This document shows positions 20,292-30,728 of a DNA stretch of 64,000 nt, one piece after another. The position numbers and the translations under genes are program-made. Numbering within the stretch: the stretch's first letter is position 1; each line of letters opens with the position of its first letter. Below the pieces are notes generated by a model, which saw nothing but the letters and a program-made list of their open reading frames with translations, had not been told where the DNA came from and did not search any database. This stretch comes from Flavobacteriales bacterium (GTDB lineage: Bacteria > Bacteroidota > Bacteroidia > Flavobacteriales_F > PHOS-HE28): NCBI GenBank assembly GCA_020635715.1, contig JACJZG010000007.1, forward strand, positions 61,771 through 125,770. The letters are read 5' to 3'.

Positions 20292-21293
20292 TTAGCGGGT
20301 GCTCCATTGCAGCAGCAGTTCGAAGGTGCGCCGGCCGTTGACGGCTCGATCCTTTGCACCCATGGACCATCCGTAGGTCATGCCGAAGGATAGCCTGCCG
20401 TAGTCGATGATGCCGTTCACGAGGACCGCATCGAGGTATTTGTAGCCGAGCCCCGCCTTAAAGCCGAAGAGTGGAGGTCCACCTTCTTCACGCACGCTGT
20501 TGAGCAGGTGTTTGCCTGCGTATAGGTTGATCCGACCGGTGTGGAAAGGGCCTTGCAGGTGCCCGATGAGCTCGCCGGAGAATGAACCGTTCTCCCATAG
20601 CCGGTGATGTATTTCGCTCAGCACATAGGCCGTGGCGCGCATGGGTACCGGTTCCATGCGTTGTCCCGCTTCGCGCAGCAGCAGGCGGCCCAGGTGATCG
20701 GCGGCAAGACCGGCGGTCAGGATATCGGGCTCACGGCGCCGTGGACTTTCGGCTGCGCGTTTCAGGGTGAAGGAGACGCCGGCTCGAGCTTCCACCCAGC
20801 TGCTGGCGTCGGAGGACCATGCTTCCTGGGATGGTAAGGATGCGTCGTAACGAAGACCGTCGTACTGACTCCCCCACGCGCCGTCAACGGTATTCAACGT
20901 GGCATTCACCAAGGCGGCGGCCAACCCTGCAGCGACGTATGAGCGTTCGCCACTGCGCAGGTGGATCGCGGTGCGGATCGCCGCATGCGAGCGCTGCCAG
21001 CCGGAGGCTGGTGACCGATCGACCGCTGCATCGAGGCCGGCGCCGATCCATTTGTCCACCTTCTTTCTGCGGTTCCGAAGGCAGAGGTCCACGTTGAGGA
21101 GTTCGTTGCGCCAGGCGCCTGGCACCTGCAGCCATTGGTCCTGGTGGATGAGGGCCGCGTTCACCGCTGCCGATGCACCTGTTCGCGAGGGGTCCAGGAT
21201 GGACGGGATCCGCGGTGCGTAGGACCGGTCGGCGTCCTGTGCCAGCAACGAGGCTGCCAGCACGAGGCAGGAAAGGGATGTGAGGCTTCTCAT
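20292..21293 (-). CDS. type IX secretion system membrane protein, PorP/SprF family
   Basis: 333 aa; signal peptide; beta-barrel-like alternating pattern; sits immediately downstream of (4-bp overlap with) a large type-B-CTD protein, the canonical PorP/SprF partner arrangement. Confidence 0.65.
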   Translation of the reverse strand: MRSLTSLSCLVLAASLLAQDADRSYAPRIPSILDPSRTGASAAVNAALIHQDQWLQVPGAWRNELLNVDLCLRNRRKKVDKWIGAGLDAAVDRSPASGWQRSHAAIRTAIHLRSGERSYVAAGLAAALVNATLNTVDGAWGSQYDGLRYDASLPSQEAWSSDASSWVEARAGVSFTLKRAAESPRRREPDILTAGLAADHLGRLLLREAGQRMEPVPMRATAYVLSEIHHRLWENGSFSGELIGHLQGPFHTGRINLYAGKHLLNSVREEGGPPLFGFKAGLGYKYLDAVLVNGIIDYGRLSFGMTYGWSMGAKDRAVNGRRTFELLLQWSTR

Positions 21294-24200
21294 CGCCGCA
21301 GGAGTATGGTTCCTGTACGCTCGATGGGATCGCCGAAGGAGCGTTCAGCGGATAGGGTGAACACGTAAGGGCCGGAGGGAAGTGGAGCGCCCTTAGCGGT
21401 GCCATCCCAGCATGCATCCGCCTCGGAGCCGTGGAAGACCAGGCCACCCCAACGGTCGTAGATCCGCAGATCAAGGCGGGTCACACACCCACCGAGCAGG
21501 CAGAGCCCCTCGTTCAGCCCATCGCCGTTCGGTGAGAAGATGTCTGGCAGGAAGGCTTCACCACAGGGTCGAACGCCTGGTTCCTGGAAGATGGGTTTCG
21601 GAAGCACCACCACACTATCCGCGCTCGTGCATCCCAACGTGCTGGTCACGGTGACGACGTAGGTGGTGGTGTCCAGGGGTTCGCACCAGGTGCTTGATGC
21701 GGTCGGATCCTCGAGCCAGATGGTGGGTTGCCAGCTGTACGTTGCTGCGCTGTCGGCAGGGATCACCGTGCAGATGAGCAGGGCGGGACCATCCTCCGTG
21801 CCAAGCGTGTCGGCGATGATGATCGCTTGAACGCTCCCACTGTCGGCGATCAGGACCGGATGCTCCTCCAAACAGCCCGCGCTATCCTGTACCGATAGGA
21901 CATGAAGACCGGGCGCAAGTTCGTTCACCATGCTGGTGAAGGATGAGTCGGGCAGCCAGAGATAGGTCAGGGTCGAGGGATCGACACTTCCAAAGGCTTG
22001 TGCGGTCCCGTTGGGTTGGCCGCAGGTCGCCGTAGTGGTGCCGATGCTGTCCACCAGTGCGCTAGGCATGATGATCACCAGGGTGTCGGTCCGCTGACAG
22101 CCCAGCGTGTCCGTCAAGGTGACGGCATAGGGGCCTTCAGCAAGCCCGCTGATGCTGCTTCCTTCGAGATCAGGATCCTCCCAGCTGATCTGAAGCGCTT
22201 GCACAAGGCTGTCGATCAATTCGATGGCGCCATCGTTCATGCCGTGGCAGGAAATGTCCTGTACCGACCAGTTGGCCGCGGGGATGGGAACCACGGCGAT
22301 GCTGTCGGTGAGCGGAACGACGCAGGCACCCTCGGTGGCGGTGATGCCGATACCATGGATGCCGGGGGATAGTGGTGCCGGGAGGACGATGTTGGTGCCT
22401 TCATACAGGGAGTCTCCCAGAAGCCAGGAGAACGTGGTGGCACCGAGTCCATCCACCATGAAGCCCGAACCGGCACACACCGTATCCGGGATGGTGACCG
22501 TTGGGTCGGGAGGGATGTGCACGTTCACATCCACGAACCGGCAGGTGGAGGCGCTGTTGGCGTATTCCGCTCGCACGAAGAGTCGGAACGAAGCGGTAGG
22601 CCAGAGGGTGATGGTGTCACCGGAGGTGATGTAATGCTCGGGCACACCACATTCATTCGAGTACCAGCGCCAGCTCGCACCGGTGCCCAAGGCTCCACCG
22701 TAGGTGACCATGGTGATGGGATCGCCCAGGCATACATCAATGAAGGGTGGGGGTGGGGGTGGGGTCGTTCCACCACCACCGCCACCACCATTACCGCCAC
22801 CGCCACTGCCACCACCGCCCCATCCACCGATCCCGATCGGCGGTGTCGATTCCTTGAGGTCCAGCCGGGCTGAACATCCATCCACCCCTCCACCTGGTTG
22901 CATTTGATGGCCAAGCAACGAGAAGCCCGATCCGGAATCGGTGATCCCGCCGATGTGAACGTGGGTCCTTCCAAAGACCGCCATGGCCAGCGCCTCTTCC
23001 TCTCCATCCCCGCCGAGATAGCGCGACCACTCCACCGCACGCGTGGAGTCGAACCGCAGGATGATCATGTCCGAAGTACCAATGGGCTGGCCAACAGGGC
23101 CGCTATCCTCGATGGTCAGCTCGTCCGATCGTGCGGTCCCACTGATGTACCAGCGTCCATCGATATCCGATGCAACGGCATGGAACGAGTCGAAGTCCGC
23201 ACCGCCGAACAGGGTGCCCCAGCTGATGGCGAGCGTGCTGTCAAGGACGGTGAAGAAACCATCAGCCTCACCTGCGTTCAGGGGTTGGAAGGAGGTGGTG
23301 TCAGTGTGCAATTGCTCCGACCACGTGGTCCCACAGATGGCGGGGACGCCGCGTTGCACGGCAATGTCATGGGCAATGTCATCCTCAGGCCCGCCGTGAT
23401 AGGTGCCTTCGACGATGAGGAGCATGGTATCCACCTTCATCACGAAGGCATCGAGGCCGCCTTGCAAAGTCGGTGTTCCGGCGTTGATCATGGCGATGTT
23501 CGTGGTGCTGTTGGTGTTCCCGACGAAGACGGTGCCCGTGCTGTCACCGTTCGCCATGGCCACGATCTCGTCATCCCCTTCACCCCCGATGAAAGTGGCG
23601 GCCACCAAGGAATCCGTGCCGGCGAAGAGGAGCAGCAGCCCGTCGATGCCCTGGGTGTAGGACTGGGCGCTGGGGGTGAGGCCGCTCAGGCTGCCGGGGC
23701 CATTGGTCGTGCCACCGATGAGCAGGCGACCGTGCACGTCCATGGCGGCGCTTCGGGCGATCTCGTTCTCCGCAGTGCCGAAATAGCTTGCACTGCGCAG
23801 GGTCCCGTTGCTGCCGAAATGAGCGAGGAAGACATCCGAACCGCCTCCGTGCACTCCCTGGAAGGCGAGCGTGTCCGTGGCGATGCTGTCGGTGGAGGTG
23901 GTGTTCCCGATCAGGTAGATGCTGTCGGTGGCCGCCACCACCACTTCAACGGCCTCATCATCACCACCACCACCGAAGAAGGTGCACCACAGCATGGAGC
24001 CGTGCGAGCCGATCTTTGCGAGGAAGGCATCAGATGCACCTCCACCGTAGCTGTTTTGATGAATGACCACGCTGTTCGCGGTGGTGTCATTACTGAGGAG
24101 CAGGCCCTCTGTCGTGCGACCGGCCACGTAAATGTTGCCGGCCAGATCCGTGGCCATGGAGAGCACGGCATCAGCTCCGGAACCACCATGGTAGCTCGCC

Positions 24201-24331
24201 CACTTCCTTACCGCCGAACCATCCTGTGCATACGAGGCATGGGAGATCAGTAACAGGGTTGAAAGGACCAGGATGTTGATGCACGGGTCGTTGGATGAGC
24301 GACGAATAGACCGGATATCGATGGGATCCAT
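21290..24331 (-). CDS. large secreted repeat protein: SBBP-type beta-propeller repeats, poly-Gly/Pro linker, gliding-motility-associated / T9SS type B C-terminal sorting domain
   Basis: 1013 aa; signal peptide; repeated …GGxxxDxxxxIxxDxxGNIYVAG.T… propeller blades; linker GGWGGGGSGGGGNGGGGGGGTTPPPPPP; C-terminal …FSPNGDGLNE…YDRWGGLVFH…DGT.KG.PLPSGPYVF… matches the type B CTD. Confidence 0.8.
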   Translation of the reverse strand: MDPIDIRSIRRSSNDPCINILVLSTLLLISHASYAQDGSAVRKWASYHGGSGADAVLSMATDLAGNIYVAGRTTEGLLLSNDTTANSVVIHQNSYGGGASDAFLAKIGSHGSMLWCTFFGGGGDDEAVEVVVAATDSIYLIGNTTSTDSIATDTLAFQGVHGGGSDVFLAHFGSNGTLRSASYFGTAENEIARSAAMDVHGRLLIGGTTNGPGSLSGLTPSAQSYTQGIDGLLLLFAGTDSLVAATFIGGEGDDEIVAMANGDSTGTVFVGNTNSTTNIAMINAGTPTLQGGLDAFVMKVDTMLLIVEGTYHGGPEDDIAHDIAVQRGVPAICGTTWSEQLHTDTTSFQPLNAGEADGFFTVLDSTLAISWGTLFGGADFDSFHAVASDIDGRWYISGTARSDELTIEDSGPVGQPIGTSDMIILRFDSTRAVEWSRYLGGDGEEEALAMAVFGRTHVHIGGITDSGSGFSLLGHQMQPGGGVDGCSARLDLKESTPPIGIGGWGGGGSGGGGNGGGGGGGTTPPPPPPFIDVCLGDPITMVTYGGALGTGASWRWYSNECGVPEHYITSGDTITLWPTASFRLFVRAEYANSASTCRFVDVNVHIPPDPTVTIPDTVCAGSGFMVDGLGATTFSWLLGDSLYEGTNIVLPAPLSPGIHGIGITATEGACVVPLTDSIAVVPIPAANWSVQDISCHGMNDGAIELIDSLVQALQISWEDPDLEGSSISGLAEGPYAVTLTDTLGCQRTDTLVIIMPSALVDSIGTTTATCGQPNGTAQAFGSVDPSTLTYLWLPDSSFTSMVNELAPGLHVLSVQDSAGCLEEHPVLIADSGSVQAIIIADTLGTEDGPALLICTVIPADSAATYSWQPTIWLEDPTASSTWCEPLDTTTYVVTVTSTLGCTSADSVVVLPKPIFQEPGVRPCGEAFLPDIFSPNGDGLNEGLCLLGGCVTRLDLRIYDRWGGLVFHGSEADACWDGTAKGAPLPSGPYVFTLSAERSFGDPIERTGTILLRR

Positions 24332-24629
24332 GGCAGAATGGTTTCCATCGAATGTGTGGTGATCCGTACGGAATTGGACCGTGATGAACAGTTACGGTCC
24401 TTTTGTCGCGAGGAACGGTCCCCTGGTGCGCTCTTTCACCGGGTACGTGCCGTTGCCACCTATTTGAGCGAATGGCCGTGAATGCGTTCAGCGCAGCGTG
24501 GAACGGTCTATCTCATTGATCCGGTGATCCCGCATGGAAGGCTTCAGCGTTCCTTGGCGTGGTATGGCATCATCGCCGGACACCGGGCCCGATCCACCGG
24601 TGATCACATCTCCGCGAAGGGAGCAGGCG

Positions 24630-26183
24630 TCATTTCCGTATGAACCGTGCGGTCCGCACGTCGCCATTGACCGACCGCAGTTCCAGCAGATAGGAGCCTG
24701 TCCCGAGCGGCGTGGTGTCCATTTGGCGGATACCGCCTGCGGACCAGGTGCCGCTGAGCACGGCGCGTGCGTGCATGTCCAGCACCCGGAAGTTCCACTT
24801 TCCTTGAAGGTCCGTGAGGTCCACGTTCACCTGTTCACGTTCCCGCACCTGCGTGGGCCAGCATTTCAGCCCGGTAGGGGATGCCATGGTCGGTAGGCCA
24901 GCAACCACGCCGGTGTTGTAGCGGGCCAGGGCGAAGGTGTTGTTGCCGCGGCCGCACGCCACCACCTTGCCGTCGGCTTGCAGCACCAGCGCATAGGCAA
25001 TGGAAATGCCAGCTCCGAAGGGTGTGACCACCGGTCCTGCGTTGTCCGGTTCGCCATCGGTGAACGAAGGATCCAATGATCCATCCGCATTCAGCCTTGC
25101 CAGACAGAAGCTGCTGGTCGAGCCCCCCCACCCACCGATCACATACCTGCCATCGGGTTGGCGCACCATACCATACATGAAGTCATACGCACCGAGCTCT
25201 TGACTTATGAAGCCATCGCCATCCAGGCTCGGGTCCGGTGTTCCATCCGCCAGCAAGCGCATCAGGAAGGCATCCGGTGCGAATGATCCACCCACGAAGC
25301 CCGTGGAAGTGATGCGCCCGTCCGGTTCGAGCACCAGGGCATTCGCCTCAGCGAAGCTCGGGTATTGCACGTCCCGGATCACGAACCCACCATCGCCGAA
25401 GGCCACATCAGGATCACCGTTGGGGAGGATACGGGCCACAAGCAAAGCCGCATTGCCTGACGCTCCGGAGCCGCTGGCCGATCCGCACACGACCAAGCGC
25501 CCATCCGGCTGAATGACCATCGCATTGGCCACATTGTTGTTCGCCGTGGGCAGGAAGGTGGCATGGCCGTTGGTGCCGAAGCTGTCGTCGGGTGTTCCAT
25601 CGGCGTGCAGGGCGATGAACATGAGGTGGGGGATCGATCCGACGAACTGTGAGCCGGTGAGCACGATGCCACCGTCCGGCCGCAACACCATGGCGCGCGG
25701 TGAAACATCACCACCGGGAATCGAGTGGGTGACATATCCCGCGGACCCAAAGTCGGGATCGGGGGTGCCATCATCAAGGAACTGCAGAACGATCGCATTC
25801 CCATCTTCCGCTCCAGCAGCGGCACCAGCCATCAGAATGCGCCCATCTGGCCTTACCGCCAGCGCTTGGATACCCCCGCCTTGATCAAGGTCCACCCGGA
25901 CGAGACCACCTTCGCCAAAGGATGGATCGAGATCACCATTGGCCAGGTACATGGCGAGGACGGGGTCGTAGTTCGCGCCCGTTAGGGTGTGACCTGCGGC
26001 CAGCAACCTCCCGTCCGGCAATTGAATGATCGCGGTCGCTTCAGCCGAGGAGGTCTGTAGGTCGGTCGTGAGGGTGCCGCCATTCCCGAAGCTGGTATCC
26101 AGGGTTCCCGGTTGGGAGAAAGCCTGAGCACAGAGCAGCGTTAGGAGCGGGAGGATCGATCGTTCCATGGATGTGGACATCAA
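24630..26183 (-). CDS. delta-60 repeat domain protein with T9SS type A C-terminal sorting domain
   Basis: 517 aa; signal peptide; multiple D(T/P)SFG(N/D)GG… delta-60 repeats; C-terminal ~80 aa CTD-like. Confidence 0.72.
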   Translation of the reverse strand: MMSTSMERSILPLLTLLCAQAFSQPGTLDTSFGNGGTLTTDLQTSSAEATAIIQLPDGRLLAAGHTLTGANYDPVLAMYLANGDLDPSFGEGGLVRVDLDQGGGIQALAVRPDGRILMAGAAAGAEDGNAIVLQFLDDGTPDPDFGSAGYVTHSIPGGDVSPRAMVLRPDGGIVLTGSQFVGSIPHLMFIALHADGTPDDSFGTNGHATFLPTANNNVANAMVIQPDGRLVVCGSASGSGASGNAALLVARILPNGDPDVAFGDGGFVIRDVQYPSFAEANALVLEPDGRITSTGFVGGSFAPDAFLMRLLADGTPDPSLDGDGFISQELGAYDFMYGMVRQPDGRYVIGGWGGSTSSFCLARLNADGSLDPSFTDGEPDNAGPVVTPFGAGISIAYALVLQADGKVVACGRGNNTFALARYNTGVVAGLPTMASPTGLKCWPTQVREREQVNVDLTDLQGKWNFRVLDMHARAVLSGTWSAGGIRQMDTTPLGTGSYLLELRSVNGDVRTARFIRK

Positions 26184-26185
26184 GG

Positions 26186-26998
26186 TCAGTCTTTCGTGAA
26201 ACGCAGGACCTTGCGCAGGCCTTCAGCAGTGGTGATCTCCAGGAGGTAGCTGCCCTTCGCCAGACGTTCCACCGGAATGGATGGCATGCCACCTCCGTTG
26301 AGGCGATGGCTGGCGATCATGCGGCCGAGTTCGTCCAAGACCCTGGCTTGCACACCGCTCGGTACCGCACGAAGGTCGATGCGCGCGAAGTCGGTGGCCA
26401 CAGAAGGGTGGACCGACACGCCACTGAGCATCTTCGCTTCCTCGATCCCCACCAAGGAACCAATGGTGTAGGTGATGTCGTCCAGGGAAATGTAGTTGAG
26501 GGTATTGCCGTAGGTGATGGTGAGGGTCTGAAGTGCCGCGCCTTGGAGCGCGCTGCCGTTCATCGCGATGGTCGCCCAATCGAGCCCGGTGTTCCCCGTC
26601 GGTGTGACGGTGAAGGTGTGTGAGACGTTCCCACCCGGGCCGGTGCCTGACAAGGTCAAGGTCCCTACAGCATAGGTGTCGCCATCGGTCCCGCTTGTCC
26701 AAACCTTCAGGCTTTGCAGGGTGAAGGTCTTGAGCACGTCCTGCAGCACGATCTGCGAAGCAGGCATGTTGTCGTTCCCTTCGAGTATGCCGGTATCGAT
26801 GAACCAATCGCTTCCTCCAGCGCCATAGGTATCGAAGTTGGTGATACGGAGGTCGGAGGTGAGCAGGAACGTCTCCCCCGTAGGACCGTTGAAGGTGGTG
26901 GCCCCATCGGCATAACCCGCCTCGAAGCCCTCGGTGGTCTGGCTGAGCAGCGGAGATGTGGAAAGGGTGATGGCGAGCAGGAGTATCGGTAGGCGCAT
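26186..26998 (-). CDS. secreted protein with T9SS type A C-terminal sorting domain
   Basis: 270 aa; signal peptide; C-terminus …VHPSVATDFARIDL…GSYLLEITTAEG…LRFTKD typical of Por-secretion CTD. Confidence 0.62.
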   Translation of the reverse strand: MRLPILLLAITLSTSPLLSQTTEGFEAGYADGATTFNGPTGETFLLTSDLRITNFDTYGAGGSDWFIDTGILEGNDNMPASQIVLQDVLKTFTLQSLKVWTSGTDGDTYAVGTLTLSGTGPGGNVSHTFTVTPTGNTGLDWATIAMNGSALQGAALQTLTITYGNTLNYISLDDITYTIGSLVGIEEAKMLSGVSVHPSVATDFARIDLRAVPSGVQARVLDELGRMIASHRLNGGGMPSIPVERLAKGSYLLEITTAEGLRKVLRFTKD

Positions 26999-27397
26999 GG
27001 GAATGGTGTTGATAGTGGGGTGAGGGTTGCTTGTCCTACTTGTGCGTTCGGCCTGGAGGGTGCCCAGTGTCCTTCGCTCCCGTGCTCATCGGGGATCGTG
27101 TCCCGATGTGAACGATCGCGGAATATTAAAGAACGGTGGTTCAATTTAGAGTGCCTCGAAGAACCTCGTTCCGCCTGCGTTCAGGGCCGGAGTGGGTGAT
27201 GGTGGTCACGTGCTCGAATAAGTCCATACTTCGTTGCTCTTCAGTCGGATACTATGTTCCAGTGTCCGCACATAGGAGCGCCTTGTCTGGGCGCATGACA
27301 GCGGCGTGCGCCATCCGTTCGAGCTTCTTCAAGGTATCATATGATGAGAACGGAGGGAGGGTTGAACCTTTGCCCGGCCTCATGTGTACCGCTCGTC

Positions 27398-28168
27398 ATG
27401 CGCTCATGCCTCCAGCTGATCCTCGTGGTCCATGCCCTTGCCGTGCATGCCACGAGCACCATCCATGTATCGGGCCGCATCGTCAACTGGCAGGAGCCCT
27501 ATCCCGGCATGGGGCTATCTGTGATAGGCATCCGATCCGAGGGCTGGCTGCAACCGAACGCCGCACCGGATCCGGCCACCGGCCATTTCAGCGGCACCCT
27601 GCCCTGCGGTCCGTTGCGCAATGCGCATGGTCGTTGGGTGGACATCGAGTTCTACGCATTCACCGACAACGGGCCGGGAAGGCGGAGCATGTTCATTCGC
27701 GTTCCATATGCGAAGGAGATCGACCTGGGCGAGGTCATCTGGCGGCCCACACACTATCGGTTGACGCCACTTGGTCTGGTGATCGATACTGGCGTTCCGC
27801 GTGACACGGTGATCGGAGAGCCCTTCGGCACCTATCTGCTCCTGCGCCCCATGAATCCCGAGCCGGGTGAGCGGATGGAGCTCGTGTTCGGATACATCAG
27901 CAGTGGAGAACCTCGCGTCGTATCCCATGGCATCGCCTCGAAGGACTTGGGCACCTATCTGGTGAACTTCAACTTCGCCCTGCGGACCGATACGGAGGTA
28001 TTCACCGAGAGTTGGAACGAGGAGGTGAGCCCGTTCGACCTTGGACCGCTGGCCGGCGGGCGCTATCGCCTCAGGCAGTCACCCTCACACGTGGAACACC
28101 TGCGCGACATCGACTTCCTGTTGAACGAGGATCTTTGGATCACCGTAGCACAACGTCAGGAACCATGA
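27398..28168 (+). CDS. hypothetical secreted protein
   Basis: start chosen at MRSCLQLILVVHALAVHA (signal peptide); no motif. Confidence 0.4.
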   Translation: MRSCLQLILVVHALAVHATSTIHVSGRIVNWQEPYPGMGLSVIGIRSEGWLQPNAAPDPATGHFSGTLPCGPLRNAHGRWVDIEFYAFTDNGPGRRSMFIRVPYAKEIDLGEVIWRPTHYRLTPLGLVIDTGVPRDTVIGEPFGTYLLLRPMNPEPGERMELVFGYISSGEPRVVSHGIASKDLGTYLVNFNFALRTDTEVFTESWNEEVSPFDLGPLAGGRYRLRQSPSHVEHLRDIDFLLNEDLWITVAQRQEP

Positions 28169-28851
28169 AGGTCATGATGGCATTGCTGATGCTTCCGCTG
28201 TTATCATGCGGACAGGAAAGGGCCAGCTATCAGGTAGGATGTGACGGTGTGCCTGGTTCTTTCCTGATCCATGTGGACGATGTATTGAACGACAGTACCG
28301 ATCTTTTCCAGGGCGCCTATCCACCGGCCACTCCGCTCACGTGTGAGTTGCTTGTCATGCTGGAGGAGGAACTGAAGGACGACAGTGCGCGGTATTGTTT
28401 CGACCTGCTTGCACGGAAACATTGGATGACGGACCCGCATGCCTGGGTGACCCACGCGTATATCGAAAGGCATCACAACTTCCCGCTCGCCATGGCCGCG
28501 ACCGCGCACTGGAATGAGGATCATCGCATACGCGGTCTGCGCGAATTGCAGGAATACCGACGGATCCGACCGATGGTCTGTGCGACAAAGGAGCACTACG
28601 CACGTCTGGAAACACAGGATCACGCAGCGGTCCGTTACTTGATAACCGTTCTGGAGACCACGCCGATGTTCATTTCTGGCAGCGAGAACGCGACCATCCA
28701 CCAGACCTACCTCCGCACGGTGATGGAGACCCTGGACCTGTTCACCGGCCAACAGCACATGATCGGCCAGGACCGGTTGGTGGGTATTCATCGCAGCGAG
28801 GAAGCGATACAGCAGGCGGTGATCGATTGGCACGGATGGCTCGACGAATGA
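28165..28851 (+). CDS. hypothetical lipoprotein
   Basis: start at MKVMMALLMLPLLSC (lipobox); 4-bp overlap with upstream gene. Confidence 0.42.
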   Translation: MKVMMALLMLPLLSCGQERASYQVGCDGVPGSFLIHVDDVLNDSTDLFQGAYPPATPLTCELLVMLEEELKDDSARYCFDLLARKHWMTDPHAWVTHAYIERHHNFPLAMAATAHWNEDHRIRGLRELQEYRRIRPMVCATKEHYARLETQDHAAVRYLITVLETTPMFISGSENATIHQTYLRTVMETLDLFTGQQHMIGQDRLVGIHRSEEAIQQAVIDWHGWLDE

Positions 28852-29342
28852 AAGCCTTGTTCCTCATCGGTGTGCTTCTTCCGGCCAGCCTGTTGGCTCA
28901 GGATGCGACCACCTTCCGCAAGGCGATCGAGAGCGGGAAGGTGGAACGACTGGATCGTTGGATGAAGCGGACCATCCATGACCAGTGTAAAGGTCACCTC
29001 GTCATCAACGGATCTTCGACCTACATCACCCACCAAGCCACCTACGACACCATCGTCGCTTTCGTACGCCAGCAGCCAGGGGTGATCGATGCTGCTTGGG
29101 ACCGTTGTGTCGCGAAGGCGGCGATCTGGCCTGGCCATAGCGTGGTCGGTATCATGTGCCAGATGGGAGGGCGGACCGTGGAGCGTTGTTGGAGGGTACA
29201 GGAAGGCAGGCTCGGCACGATAAGGCTCGGGCGCTGGCGACCACGCATTCGGAAGCCGCGGGAAGAGCTCCGCTACATAGGTGCGCAGGAGTGCACCGGT
29301 TTCGTGGCCGAGCAGCGCAAGCTGTGCGAAGCGAAGGAATGA
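28848..29342 (+). CDS. hypothetical secreted Cys-containing protein
   Basis: start at MKALFLIGVLLPASLLAQ signal; three co-oriented small secreted proteins in a row. Confidence 0.38.
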   Translation: MKALFLIGVLLPASLLAQDATTFRKAIESGKVERLDRWMKRTIHDQCKGHLVINGSSTYITHQATYDTIVAFVRQQPGVIDAAWDRCVAKAAIWPGHSVVGIMCQMGGRTVERCWRVQEGRLGTIRLGRWRPRIRKPREELRYIGAQECTGFVAEQRKLCEAKE

Positions 29343-29387
29343 GGCTGCAACCGCGCGAGCGGATCCGGTCGCTCGATCCCGGGCCGA

Positions 29388-30176
29388 TCACTGCCGCTCG
29401 AACACCAGGTGCAGGTAGTCGCCGTCCTTATGCGCGTGCTGATCACGGATGGTTGTCCATTGTCCGGATGTGATATCCGCGGAGAGCGCGTCCAGGCCAC
29501 GTTCCAGTTCGTCGGTCGTTGCGAACAGTGCGAAGGAGGAGATGCCCTTGCGGAACTCCGGGTCGAGGTAGGCTGATGGACGATGCTTGCGGGCGAACAG
29601 GAACAGGTCCTGAAGGTCGGGCCGAACCGAATACGGGATGCGCTCCTTCAGCACCAGTCCGGAACCCGCGGCCCCGGTGATGATCCGTTCCTCGGCGGGG
29701 AGGCACGCGGCGCTCCGTGCGATCATCCGCGGGAAATAATGGCGCAGCCAGTACGCTCCGGTTTGTTCGGGAGCGGAAGTGAACACGACGAACCTGGAGC
29801 CTGGCTGCAGGATCCTGCCGCATTCGGACAGACCACGCTCCAGGTCCGTCCAATGGTGCAGGGTGAGCGTGGCCGTGGCCGCCTGGAAGGAATGATCGGC
29901 GAAGGGGATCGCTTCCGCCCGACCCGTTACCCAGTTCACATCGGTCCGTTTGGCGCGTGCCTCGGTCAACATCCGTTCCGATGGGTCCAGACCGGTCAAC
30001 CGCAGGCCACGCTCCGCCAGGAAATGGGTGTAATTACCGGTGCCGCAGCCGATATCGATCACGGAGGCGCCAGCAGGTGCGTTCAGCAGGTCGAACAACC
30101 GTTGGGCCAGGAAGGGATCAGCCGCGCGTGTGGCATCATACCCGGTGCCAATGCGGTCATAGGTGGTCGTGGACAT
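29388..30176 (-). CDS. class I SAM-dependent methyltransferase
   Basis: motif I VIDIGCGTGNYT; 262 aa. Confidence 0.75.
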   Translation of the reverse strand: MSTTTYDRIGTGYDATRAADPFLAQRLFDLLNAPAGASVIDIGCGTGNYTHFLAERGLRLTGLDPSERMLTEARAKRTDVNWVTGRAEAIPFADHSFQAATATLTLHHWTDLERGLSECGRILQPGSRFVVFTSAPEQTGAYWLRHYFPRMIARSAACLPAEERIITGAAGSGLVLKERIPYSVRPDLQDLFLFARKHRPSAYLDPEFRKGISSFALFATTDELERGLDALSADITSGQWTTIRDQHAHKDGDYLHLVFERQ

Positions 30177-30233
30177 CGCACAAAGGTGATCCTGTCCGTT
30201 CGTTCCGCGTCATCTACTTTCGGCGACAACATC

Positions 30234-30629
30234 ATGCGCCACCTGCTCGCCATCCTCATCGCCACCGTCTGGATCTCCATCCACGAGTTCGTCCGGAACC
30301 AGCTGGTGCTCGCGGATCATTGGGCGGATCACTATACGGCGATGGGCCTCGCCTTTCCCAGTGCACCGGTGAATGGCGCGGTGTGGGGCATCTGGGCGCT
30401 GGTCCTGGTCATCGCCATCCATTTCCTCGCGCGACGGGGCGGGCTGTTGGAGACCGCGGCCATCGCGTGGATCATGGGCTTCGTGCTGATGTGGCTCGTC
30501 ATCGGGAACATGGGTGTGCTACCCTTATGCATCCTTCCCGTGGCTGTGCCATGGAGCATGGTGGAGGTCATTGGCGCGGTGTACATCGTTCAGAAGTTCC
30601 GTTCGCGCGTTCCGTCCCGCCAGGCCTGA
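30234..30629 (+). CDS. hypothetical small membrane protein
   Basis: 131 aa from the internal Met MRHLLAILIATVWI…; 4 TM helices. Confidence 0.42.
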   Translation: MRHLLAILIATVWISIHEFVRNQLVLADHWADHYTAMGLAFPSAPVNGAVWGIWALVLVIAIHFLARRGGLLETAAIAWIMGFVLMWLVIGNMGVLPLCILPVAVPWSMVEVIGAVYIVQKFRSRVPSRQA

Positions 30630-30728
30630 CGAAGGTTCGAGAGCGGCCATCGTGTCCGGCCCAGGCGCTGACCGACGCATGCCTGTCTTCCCGCCGCCGG
30701 TTATATTCGAACCACACAACCACCACAC

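Noticed and set aside
20045-20359. 104-aa minus-strand ORF containing a CxxCH (CTACH) haem-binding-like motif, possible small c-type cytochrome
   Set aside because: No signal peptide, N-terminal half overlaps the PorP/SprF 3' end in another frame and looks like wrong-frame junk; a single CxxCH in ~45 plausible residues is insufficient.
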